Origin: an uncultured Clostridia bacterium
GTDB taxonomy: Bacteria; Bacillota; Clostridia; Oscillospirales; CAG-272
Reading direction: 5' to 3'
DNA: 51,225 bases
NCBI GenBank assembly: GCA_947632285.1
Contig: CANROT010000001.1
Location: forward strand, 1-51,225
This document shows positions 24,601-32,542 of this stretch, one piece after another. Positions within the stretch are counted from its first letter, which is position 1. Each line of letters starts with the position of its first letter. The position numbers were made by a program, and so were the translations under genes. The notes below the pieces were generated by a model. That model was not told the origin of the DNA and did not search any database. It saw nothing but the letters and a program-made list of their open reading frames with translations.

Positions 24601-26493
24601 ATGATGAAAAGACTTTTTGTATTGCTTCTTTCGGCTATGATCGTGCTGTCGTCATGCAGCGGCGCGGGCAGTTTGGGCGGCGCGACAACTGAAGATGAAG
24701 ATAAAAACAGTACGTCGGCGCCGGATATCGGCGGCACGGACGGCACGAACGGCACGGACGGCACGAATGGGGCGGCTGCTGCCGACGGACTCGATGAGGA
24801 CGATTTCTTCTCCTCCCGCGACCTTTCGGGCGAATACGATGCGGACGGGGCGGTGACGGTGGAGCTCTCGGGCGAGACGGTCACGCTCACGGAGGCGGGC
24901 GTATATATCCTCTCCGGGAAGATAGGGAACGGCTCGATAATCGTCGAGGCGGACAAGAGCGATAAATTACAGCTCGTGCTCGCGGGGGTCGATGTGGCGT
25001 GCGAGGGGAGCGCGGCGCTCTACGTCAAGTCGGCGGACAAGGTGTTTTTGACGCTCGCGGAGGGCACCGAAAACAGCCTTTCCTCGACCGGCACGTTTGT
25101 GCCGGACGGCGACGTCAATGTTGACGGCGCGATATTCTCGCGCGAAGATATAACGGTAAACGGCAAGGGCGCGCTGACGGTCACAAGCTCCGACCACGGG
25201 ATCGTGTCAAAGGACGATCTCGACATCACCGGCGGGAAGCTCACCGTTGAGGCGGAGTCTCACGCGCTGTCCGGCAAGGACAGCGTCGGTGTCGCGGGCG
25301 GGGAGCTTTTGCTGACCGCGGGCGGCGACGGCATACATTCCGACAACAGCGAGGACGCGTCGCGCGGGAATATCCTCATCTGCGGCGGCAGCGTCACCGC
25401 GCGGTGCGGCGGCGACGGCATCGACGGCAGCGGAATCGTGCAGATAACGGACGGGTCGCTCGATATCGTCTCCGGCGGCGGCAGCGAGAACGGCGAACAG
25501 CATACGAGCGATATGTGGGGCGGCTTCGGCAGCCGGGAGGCAAGCAGCACCGACACCGTCAGCAAAAAGGGGATCAAGTCGGACACGGCGCTCATTATCG
25601 CGGGCGGCGAGGTAAAGGCCGATTCGGCGGACGACGCGCTCCATTCAAACGGCACGGTCACGATATCCGGCGGGACGGTCGATGTCAGATCCGGCGACGA
25701 CGGCGTACACGCCGAGGCGGAGGCGACGATCTCGGGCGGCACGGTAAATGTGCGCGGGAGCTACGAGGGGATCGAGGGCAAGTCGATCACCGTTTCCGGC
25801 GGCGAGGTCGATGTGACTGCGACCGACGACGGCTTTAACGCGACGGACGGGACCGGCGATATCGGCGGTATGGGCGGCCCCGGCGGTTTCGGAGGATTCG
25901 GAGGATTCGGAGGATTCGGCCCGGGAAGCTCCGGCGACAACGGTGACAACAGCAACGACAGCGACGGATACGGCGACGTATACCTTCTCATCTCGGGCGG
26001 AAAGATACACGTTGACGCGGGAGGCGACGGCCTTGATTCAAACGGCGGGCTGTATGTGACCGGCGGGGAGACATACGTTGACGGCCCGACAAACAGCGGA
26101 AACGGCGCCCTCGATTCCGGCAGCGAGGCGGTGATCTCGGGCGGCGTCGTCGTGGCCGTCGGCGCGTCCGGCATGGCGGAGAATTTCGGCGCCTCGTCGA
26201 CGCAGGGGGCGATCATGTATAACGTGACGGGCGGCGGTGACATCGTGCTCACGGACGAGGACGGCAAAACGCTTGCGGAATTCTCGCCGTCCAAGTCGTA
26301 TAACTCCGTCGTTGTGAGCGCGCCGGGGATCGAGGTCGGCGGGACGTACACGCTCACGGTGGGCGGGTCGAGCTACAGCATAAAGATGGACTCTATCGTA
26401 TACGGCGCCGGCGGCATGGGCGGCGGTATGGGCGGAGGCATGGGCGGCGGTCCCGGCGGCGGCTGGGGCGGTGGACCCGGCGGCAGAAGATAA
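24601..26493 (+). CDS. Secreted lipoprotein, Cthe_2159-like beta-helix (carbohydrate-binding domain family) with Gly-rich low-complexity segments
   Basis: 630-aa ORF with a signal peptide and lipobox (LSSC). It has many repeats of the G-G-x-(L/V)-x-(I/V)-x-(A/S)-x-(G/D)DG(I/L)(H/D)S type. There is an internal GGFGGFGGFGGFG segment and a C-terminal GGMGGGMGGGMGGGPGGGWGGGPGG. Confidence 0.6.
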   Translation: MMKRLFVLLLSAMIVLSSCSGAGSLGGATTEDEDKNSTSAPDIGGTDGTNGTDGTNGAAAADGLDEDDFFSSRDLSGEYDADGAVTVELSGETVTLTEAGVYILSGKIGNGSIIVEADKSDKLQLVLAGVDVACEGSAALYVKSADKVFLTLAEGTENSLSSTGTFVPDGDVNVDGAIFSREDITVNGKGALTVTSSDHGIVSKDDLDITGGKLTVEAESHALSGKDSVGVAGGELLLTAGGDGIHSDNSEDASRGNILICGGSVTARCGGDGIDGSGIVQITDGSLDIVSGGGSENGEQHTSDMWGGFGSREASSTDTVSKKGIKSDTALIIAGGEVKADSADDALHSNGTVTISGGTVDVRSGDDGVHAEAEATISGGTVNVRGSYEGIEGKSITVSGGEVDVTATDDGFNATDGTGDIGGMGGPGGFGGFGGFGGFGPGSSGDNGDNSNDSDGYGDVYLLISGGKIHVDAGGDGLDSNGGLYVTGGETYVDGPTNSGNGALDSGSEAVISGGVVVAVGASGMAENFGASSTQGAIMYNVTGGGDIVLTDEDGKTLAEFSPSKSYNSVVVSAPGIEVGGTYTLTVGGSSYSIKMDSIVYGAGGMGGGMGGGMGGGPGGGWGGGPGGRR

Positions 26494-26624
26494 AAAGCCG
26501 AAATTTTTATAATTTACAGACCGAAAACGCTGAATTCTACCAACAGATGATAGATTTCTCCAAAAACGAGTGGTATAATCATGATCGTCGGGCGTGCGGC
26601 TGCCCGAATGGGAGGAATATAATC

Positions 26625-27380
26625 ATGGAGATAATAGAATTCAAAAATCTTGCAGGGATCATACTCATACCCGCACATGCAAACGGGATCGAGGGGTGGT
26701 TCGCCTTTGATACCGGAGCCATGCAGACATCGCTGAACCGTAATTATTTTTCCGCGCTCGAGGGCGAGGATCGACAAGTCGCACTGTTTAATGAAAATAT
26801 GGCGGTCAACGGCGCACTGGAGACGAGACTTTGCGAGCTTGCTTTCGGAAATATCAACTTATCCGATCTGCCCGTTATCTGCATGGATATGGCATATGTG
26901 GAAAACAGCCTCAGAACATTTGAACCCGATATCCGCTTTCTCGGCTCTATCGGTATGGAGCTGTTTGGAAACGTGCCGATTTTGCTTGACTACGAGCGGT
27001 CCGTCATAACCGTTGAGCCAGATATTGAGACAGGCGGCGCGGAAAAACTCCCGCTCTATGCCGAGGCACTTCCCGTAGTTACGCTTGAGCTTGCCGACGG
27101 GCCTCACAGGTTTGTCCTTGACACCGGCGCAAATACATGTCTTTTGTCAAGCGAGCTTTCCGATAAAATCGCCGCGGCTCCGCTGAATGATTCTCCCGGA
27201 GTTTATGTTATCCCGAAAATAAAGGCCGGGACCCACGAATACCGGAATATCAACGCTGTATTTACAGACATCACAAATATTCGCGAAAAATTCGATGCGG
27301 ACGGTGTGATCGGATATCAGATCCTTTCTCCGCAACTGTCCCTTCTTGATTTTCCAAACGGCGCGTTATGCTTATTCTGA
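26625..27380 (+). CDS. Retropepsin-like aspartic protease with two DTG motifs in one chain
   Basis: ORF 26547..27380 trimmed to the ATG at 26625 (GGGAGGA 7 nt upstream, with TGGTATAAT at 26568-26576). The two motifs are FAFDTGAMQTSL and FVLDTGANTCLLS. No signal peptide. Confidence 0.65.
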   Translation: MEIIEFKNLAGIILIPAHANGIEGWFAFDTGAMQTSLNRNYFSALEGEDRQVALFNENMAVNGALETRLCELAFGNINLSDLPVICMDMAYVENSLRTFEPDIRFLGSIGMELFGNVPILLDYERSVITVEPDIETGGAEKLPLYAEALPVVTLELADGPHRFVLDTGANTCLLSSELSDKIAAAPLNDSPGVYVIPKIKAGTHEYRNINAVFTDITNIREKFDADGVIGYQILSPQLSLLDFPNGALCLF

Positions 27381-27468
27381 TTTATATCTTAAACAGATCG
27401 CCCCGCTTCGCGTTTTCCCTGTCTGTCTTGCCCCAATAAAATCTGTCTTAAAAGTTTTTGAAGAGAGA

Positions 27469-27518
27469 GGTCCGGGGAGAGGGACTTTTGTAAAAGTCCC
27501 TCTCCCCGGGAATTTTTT
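27469..27518. repeat. Palindromic intergenic element, type A, copy 2; bidirectional terminator between convergent genes
   Basis: CCGGGGAGAGGGACTTTT-gt-AAAAGTCCCTCTCCCCGG forms an 18-bp perfect stem, followed by GAATTTTTT. Confidence 0.85.
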
Positions 27519-27521
27519 ATT

Positions 27522-29066
27522 TCACGGCGTTACGGGCTCTGTCGTATAGATCCACTCGACCGTGTCGCCGGGCGATAGGGTGAGGTCGGCGCATGAGATG
27601 TTCGGGTATTCGCCGTTGACGCGGAAGACCCAGCCGGAGAGTGCGCCGAAGTCGCGCTCCGAGATTCCGTTTATGCTGCGGATATACGTCCCGGCGGCGT
27701 CGATATCGATCACGATCTTCGCCCGCCGCGCAGCTTCCTCCGTCACGGACAGGACCGTTGAGCCTTCGCCGATCCCGACGGCGCACGGCGGGACGATGAT
27801 GCCCGCGCCCACCGCCGAGGCGTCGACGGAGAACGTGACCACGCCGGTCGTGTCGGCGGACGTGCCGGGGGCAAAGTGCTCGCTCGGGGACTCAATTTTT
27901 ATGAAGAATACGGCGGCGAGCAGCGCTGCGGCAACGAGCAGCACTATGATATAGTCGCGGACGTTTCGGCTTTTGCACGCAAAGAAAAGGACTGCAAAGG
28001 CGGCGAATGCGGCGGCAGCGATAACGGCGGCCGCGATCGGCTTATAGTCTATGTGAGCTGCGGCGGGAGCGGGGGCGGTGTCTGTATCGGCGTCGGCTTT
28101 TTCGGTTTCGACATCGCCCGTGTTCCCGGCGGTTTCGACCGGGGCGGGCGTGGGTGCCGATGCGTCGGTGTCAAAGACAAACAGGGGAGACTTGCCGCCG
28201 ATATATCGCCTGTACGCGGTGAGCGCGAGCAGCGCCTGCACCGTGGCGGTGCGGTTGCCCTCGCCGTTCGCGGTGTGGCGGTATCCGCCGTCCTCCGTGC
28301 GAAACGCGGCGAGCGCGCTGTATACGGTGTGCCCGTTTTTCGTGAAATCGGGGTCGCCGTCCGGATCGATGCCGAGCGAGGCGAGCGCTATTATGACCTG
28401 CGCCGAACTTTCGCAATTTTCGGTGCCGAAGCTCGAAAATCCGCCGTCATCGTTCTGCCGCGAGGACAGGAGCGCGAGCGCGCCGTCTATGAGCTCGTCG
28501 GCGGCGGGTGTGCCCTTATTCGGCGCGAGCGCCGACAGCGCCATCGCGGTCACGTCCACGTCCGAGGCGGAGCCGAAAACGCTCCAGCCCCCGTCGCCGT
28601 TGCGGCGGGCATCGAGCTCGGCGATGATATCGGCCGATGCGCGCGCGCCGATGACGCCGTTGTTGGCGAGGTGGAGCCCGAAGATGTACGACATTATCCC
28701 GTTTTCGTCGAAGACGGTTTTGTCCGGCGTGTCCGCGACATAGCTCTCGCCGCCATGCCCGAGCGAATAGAGCGTCAGCGCGACGCGCTGGCGCTCCACG
28801 GTGTCGCCGACGGAGGAGCCGCCGAGAAGCGCGTTCGCGGCGTATGATTCAAAATCGGCGGACGCGCCCGCCGCGCGGAGCGCGAGCACGGTCCATTCGT
28901 CGCCGACGCCGAGCTCGCCCGAAACGGTCCGCGCAAGCGCGGAGGCGGTGCGGGAGATATCTTCGTCGAGCGCGTCGGCGGCAAATGCTATCGATTGTAC
29001 CAAAAAAACAGCCGCGAGCAAAAGCGCCGCGGCGGCGGCAAAAAACTTGCGGCTGTGGGTGTTCAT
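27522..29066 (-). CDS. Secreted/membrane protein: prenyltransferase/terpene-cyclase-like alpha-toroid domain, TM hairpin and C-terminal DUF4430 (transcobalamin beta-domain-like) domain
   Basis: ORF 27522..29093. The preferred ATG is 29066 (GGAGGAAAA upstream). It has a signal peptide ending AFA|AD and repeats DGGWSVFGSASDVDVTAMAL, DGGFSSFG..SSAQVIIAL and DGGYRHT..ATVQALLAL. Two TM helices lie at about nt 27900-28040. The C-terminus ...GALSGWVFRVNGEYPNISCADLTLSPGDTVEWIYT is typical of DUF4430. Confidence 0.65.
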   Translation of the reverse strand: MNTHSRKFFAAAAALLLAAVFLVQSIAFAADALDEDISRTASALARTVSGELGVGDEWTVLALRAAGASADFESYAANALLGGSSVGDTVERQRVALTLYSLGHGGESYVADTPDKTVFDENGIMSYIFGLHLANNGVIGARASADIIAELDARRNGDGGWSVFGSASDVDVTAMALSALAPNKGTPAADELIDGALALLSSRQNDDGGFSSFGTENCESSAQVIIALASLGIDPDGDPDFTKNGHTVYSALAAFRTEDGGYRHTANGEGNRTATVQALLALTAYRRYIGGKSPLFVFDTDASAPTPAPVETAGNTGDVETEKADADTDTAPAPAAAHIDYKPIAAAVIAAAAFAAFAVLFFACKSRNVRDYIIVLLVAAALLAAVFFIKIESPSEHFAPGTSADTTGVVTFSVDASAVGAGIIVPPCAVGIGEGSTVLSVTEEAARRAKIVIDIDAAGTYIRSINGISERDFGALSGWVFRVNGEYPNISCADLTLSPGDTVEWIYTTEPVTP

Positions 29067-29096
29067 GATCGTTTTCCTCCGGCTTTTGTGCACTTG

Positions 29097-29125
29097 ATTT
29101 TACCATACGGCGCGCGCGATGTCAA
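29097..29125 (-). promoter_or_regulatory. Sigma-A promoter (extended -10) for the DUF4430-domain gene
   Basis: Minus strand reads TTGACA (29120-29125), a 17-nt spacer, then TGgTAAAAT (-10 at 29097-29102). Confidence 0.65.
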
Positions 29126-29130
29126 GCCGG

Positions 29131-29160
29131 GAGTGCAAAGCGTGAATGCGTGAGTGCAAG
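29131..29160 (+). promoter_or_regulatory. 9-bp direct repeats with a 21-bp period (LytTR-type operator candidate)
   Basis: GAGTGCAAA (29131-29139), 12 nt, then GAGTGCAAG (29152-29160). They lie between two divergent -35 boxes. Confidence 0.45.
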
Positions 29161-29174
29161 TTGTTCCCCGGGGA

Positions 29175-29203
29175 TTGAAAAGGCGCGCGGAGGCGGATAT
29201 AAT
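29175..29203 (+). promoter_or_regulatory. Sigma-A promoter of the LytTR-regulator operon
   Basis: TTGAAA (29175-29180), a 17-nt spacer, then TATAAT (29198-29203). Confidence 0.65.
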
Positions 29204-29236
29204 AAAAACGGACAAAAGAGAGGGGGGGACGCGCTG

Positions 29237-29689
29237 ATGCGGGTACGGCTGCTTGTCGGCGACGGGAGCTACGCTGAAATAAAAGCGGAGCTCGAATCGC
29301 TCGGAATAGAAATAGACGACGACGCGGAGCTTATCCTGACGGAGAAGGACAAATACGCCGGGTTTATCCCGGCAAAAGTCCCGGGGACTGGCGAGAAGCT
29401 CCACATCGCCGTCGACGAGATAATATACATCGAGTCCTTCGGGCACACGGTCGAGATACACACGGACGGCGGCGTCTTTGAGACGACCGACAGGCTGTAT
29501 CAGCTTGTCTCGGCGCTCGACCCGGACAAATTCCTGCGCGTTTCGAATTCGGTCATAATCGCGCGCCGACGCGTTCGCCGCATCAACCCGGCGCTGTCGA
29601 TGAAATTCACGCTCATTATGTCGGACGGCAGCCGCGTCGACGTGACGCGCAGCTATTATAACATCTTTAAGGACGCTTTCAATATTTAG
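29237..29689 (+). CDS. Receiver-less LytTR-domain DNA-binding protein
   Basis: ORF 29150..29689 trimmed to the ATG at 29237 (GAGGGGGG upstream). The C-terminal ~100 aa, IAVDEIIYIESFGHTVEIHTDGGVFETTDRLYQLVSALDPDKFLRVSNSVIIARRRVRRI, matches the LytTR pattern. The N-terminal ~45 aa is too short to be a receiver domain. Confidence 0.75.
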   Translation: MRVRLLVGDGSYAEIKAELESLGIEIDDDAELILTEKDKYAGFIPAKVPGTGEKLHIAVDEIIYIESFGHTVEIHTDGGVFETTDRLYQLVSALDPDKFLRVSNSVIIARRRVRRINPALSMKFTLIMSDGSRVDVTRSYYNIFKDAFNI

Positions 29690-29712
29690 CGGGAAGAAGG
29701 AGGAAACAAAAA

Positions 29713-30738
29713 ATGGTGGGTGCATCTTCAACTGTCGGCTCGGTGGTCGCGATGATCGCGGCGGGGGTCCTGCTGCTCGCGGGGATAGGGCTCGCGGTCT
29801 ATTTTTTCACATATAAGCGCCATATCAATAAATCTCTGTCGAACGGCGGGCAGGGAACGGGCGGCGGGCTTCGAATGCCGTCCCTCGGGACGGTGGCGGT
29901 CGTTATATGCGTGCTTGCGGTCACGGTCTATTCGGTGCTCACGGTCGCCTCGCTCGGCGACAGGATAGACGAACTGAACGGACGGCTGAACAACCTTTAC
30001 AACCAGCTCTCGTCATTGTACGTTCATATCGACGAGGTCGACAAAAAAGCGAACAGCATTGTGACGTCGGCGATGTATGAGCTCGGGGAGTGCGACATGA
30101 AAACGCACCGCGCGGAGGTGAAATTTATCGTTGTCCCGAAGTCGACGACGGGCGAGGCGACGCTTTCGGTAAACGTCGGCGGCGAGACGGTCGCGCTTAC
30201 GAACACGGGCGGCGGCAGGTACGAGGGGACGTTCTCGGCCGATATTTTTACCGATTACGGCGAGGTCATTCTCTCCGTCGACGACGGCGCCGGTATGCGG
30301 ACAGAGCCGCTCGACATTGAAATTTACCGCCTTTTCTACGCCTACATGCCGACGCTCGGCATTGAACTCGAAGGCAAATCGCCGGGACCCAGGGCGGTCC
30401 TTCATATCACGACGTCGGACGCAAAGATGGGGGGCAGGCTCGTCTCGGCAAAGCTCGTAAAGAAGTCTGACGGGGAAAACGCGGGCGAGGAGGACATCAC
30501 ATCGCTGATACGGGAGCCCGGAAAGATCTCAGACGTGGAGGTCGACGTCCCAAAGGACGCGGGAAAATACAGCGTATACAGCGTATATGTGTACGCGGAG
30601 GACAGCGCGGGGTATACGTATGAGTACCTTGCGTTCAAATACAGCTACAGCGATGGGATATACAGTCTCGTCGCCGACGGCGTGGGGCCCCTGAGCATAA
30701 GGGACGCGGACGGAAACGTGATATACGGCCGCGAATAA
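29713..30738 (+). CDS. Membrane protein of unknown function (2 TM, coiled coil and a beta-rich extracytoplasmic domain), partner of the LytTR protein
   Basis: 341-aa ORF, 23 nt after the LytTR gene, with RBS GGAGGAAAC. TM segments are VVAMIAAGVLLLAGIGLAVYFF and LGTVAVVICVLAVTVYSVLTV. I recognise no family. Confidence 0.6.
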   Translation: MVGASSTVGSVVAMIAAGVLLLAGIGLAVYFFTYKRHINKSLSNGGQGTGGGLRMPSLGTVAVVICVLAVTVYSVLTVASLGDRIDELNGRLNNLYNQLSSLYVHIDEVDKKANSIVTSAMYELGECDMKTHRAEVKFIVVPKSTTGEATLSVNVGGETVALTNTGGGRYEGTFSADIFTDYGEVILSVDDGAGMRTEPLDIEIYRLFYAYMPTLGIELEGKSPGPRAVLHITTSDAKMGGRLVSAKLVKKSDGENAGEEDITSLIREPGKISDVEVDVPKDAGKYSVYSVYVYAEDSAGYTYEYLAFKYSYSDGIYSLVADGVGPLSIRDADGNVIYGRE

Positions 30739-30767
30739 AGGCGCGGGAGTCGGATATATTTAAAAAA

Positions 30768-30802
30768 AGAGGCGGCAGACAGCACAAAACCGCCTCTTTT
30801 TC
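30768..30802 (+). terminator. Intrinsic terminator
   Basis: AGAGGCGG-(14 nt)-CCGCCTCT followed by TTTT, with an A-run upstream. Confidence 0.8.
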
Positions 30803-30803
30803 G

Positions 30804-30832
30804 TTGATATAGCCGAAAAAGTATGATAGAAT
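30804..30832 (+). promoter_or_regulatory. Sigma-A promoter (extended -10) of comM/yifB
   Basis: TTGATA (30804-30809), a 17-nt spacer, then TGaTAGAAT (-10 at 30827-30832). Confidence 0.6.
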
Positions 30833-30870
30833 AATAAATAACGACAAAATCGGAAGAGGAAGATCAAAAG

Positions 30871-32430
30871 ATGCTTTCGGCGGTTTTTTGCGCGGGGATA
30901 TCGGGGATAGACGGCTACATCGTCACGGCGGAATGCAGCGCCACGGGCGCGATACCGTGCTTTGAGCTCGTCGGCCTGCCGGACACGGCGGTCAGGGAGT
31001 CAAAGGAGCGGATACGCGCGGCGATAGAGAACTCGGGGCTGCGGTTCCCCGAGCTGGCGCTGACGCTGAACCTCGCGCCTGCAGACAGGAAAAAAGAGGG
31101 TTCCGCATATGACCTCGCGATGCTCATCGCGATACTGCACGCGGGCGGCGTCATAAAGCGCGAAACGGTCTTTTCGGACAAGTGCTTCACGGGGGAGCTC
31201 TCGCTCTCCGGGCAGATACGCGCCGTGCGCGGCGTGCTCTCCATGTGCGCCGCCGCGCGGGACGCGGGGCTGACGGAGTTTTACACGTCCACGGACAACG
31301 CGGCGGAAGCCGCCGTCGTCGAGGGTATGACGGTGTACGCGGTCGAGGACGTCGGCGCGCTCGTCCGCCATCTGAACGGGGAGGCGGCGCTCGAACCGTT
31401 CATACCGGAGCCGGAGAGCGGTGCGCCGGTCGACACGGGGCTCGACTTTGCAGACGTGAAGGGGCAGGAGCGCGTCAAGCGCGCGCTCGAGATCGCCGCC
31501 GCGGGCGGGCACAATATTCTCCTGATCGGGCCTCCCGGCACGGGCAAATCCATGCTCGCAAAGCGACTGCCGTCCATACTGCCGCCGCTGTCGTTTGAAG
31601 AATCGCTCGAAACGACGAAGATACACTCGATCTCGGGGACGCTGCCCGCCGGGTCCGGGCTTGTGACGGTGCGCCCGTTCCGCTCGCCGCACCACACGAT
31701 GTCGGCTCCGAGCCTTGTCGGCGGCGGCAAGAACCCGATGCCGGGCGAGATATCGCTCGCGCACAACGGCGTTTTGTTCCTTGACGAGCTGCCCGAGTTC
31801 GCAAAATCGGTGACGGATTCGCTCCGGCAGCCGCTCGAGGACAGGCGCGTCACGATCACGCGCGCGAACGGCAGGGTCACATACCCGTCCTCGTTCCAGC
31901 TCGTGTGCGCCATGAACCCGTGCAGGTGCGGATATTACGGGCACCCGACGCACCCCTGCTCATGTTCGGAGGGGGACATACATAAATATTTGTCAAAGAT
32001 CAGCGGGCCGCTGCTCGACAGGATAGACATACAGGTCGAGGTCCCGTCCCTGTCTTATGACGAGCTCTCGGGGACGGAGACGGCGGAGCCGTCCGCGGCG
32101 ATAAGGGAGCGCGTCGTGAAGGCGCGCGAGCGCGCGGAGGCGAGGATCGCGGAATACAGGGACCACCCGGACGGTGATATGCCCGCCGGAGGCATTCGCT
32201 GCAACGCGGACCTGACGCCGAGGCTGATACGGCGGTTCTGCCGCCCGGACGAGGCTGCGGCAAAGATACTTGAGGGCGCTTTCCGCCGCATGGGGCTGTC
32301 GGCGCGCGCATACGACAGAATTTTGCGCGTCGCGCGTACCATCGCCGACCTCGACGGGGCGGAGAATATCGGCGCCGCGCACGTCGCGGAGGCGGTCCAG
32401 CTCCGCTCGCTCGACAGGAAATACTGGTAG
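30871..32430 (+). CDS. comM: YifB/ComM family Mg-chelatase-like AAA+ ATPase
   Basis: 519-aa ORF with an N-terminal Lon-protease-like domain, Walker A GPPGTGKSM, Walker B VLFLDELPEF and the C-terminal ChlI domain. Confidence 0.9.
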   Translation: MLSAVFCAGISGIDGYIVTAECSATGAIPCFELVGLPDTAVRESKERIRAAIENSGLRFPELALTLNLAPADRKKEGSAYDLAMLIAILHAGGVIKRETVFSDKCFTGELSLSGQIRAVRGVLSMCAAARDAGLTEFYTSTDNAAEAAVVEGMTVYAVEDVGALVRHLNGEAALEPFIPEPESGAPVDTGLDFADVKGQERVKRALEIAAAGGHNILLIGPPGTGKSMLAKRLPSILPPLSFEESLETTKIHSISGTLPAGSGLVTVRPFRSPHHTMSAPSLVGGGKNPMPGEISLAHNGVLFLDELPEFAKSVTDSLRQPLEDRRVTITRANGRVTYPSSFQLVCAMNPCRCGYYGHPTHPCSCSEGDIHKYLSKISGPLLDRIDIQVEVPSLSYDELSGTETAEPSAAIRERVVKARERAEARIAEYRDHPDGDMPAGGIRCNADLTPRLIRRFCRPDEAAAKILEGAFRRMGLSARAYDRILRVARTIADLDGAENIGAAHVAEAVQLRSLDRKYW

Positions 32431-32483
32431 CGAATGTGGAAAAGCGCGGGAGTGCGGCGGTGAAAACAAGGATTATATCAACA

Positions 32484-32530
32484 TTTTCAACAGACGAGCC
32501 TGTGGATAACTCTGTTGAAAAGCGTTTTTT
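32484..32530 (+). terminator. Intrinsic terminator after comM
   Basis: TTTTCAACAG-(18 nt)-CTGTTGAAAA followed by GCGTTTTTT. Confidence 0.7.
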
Positions 32531-32542
32531 GAGGTGATTTCT

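Noticed and set aside
26410-26484. Regular 12-nt periodic GGN repeats, checked as a possible CRISPR-like or minisatellite array.
   Set aside because: They lie in frame inside a long ORF and encode a Gly-rich tail. There is no repeat-spacer architecture. No CRISPR array exists anywhere in the window.
32501-32509. Perfect DnaA box TGTGGATAA (TTATCCACA) between comM and the lipid kinase gene.
   Set aside because: It is a single box sitting in the loop of the comM terminator hairpin. There is no cluster of boxes, no AT-rich unwinding element and no dnaA/dnaN nearby, so it is most likely chance.
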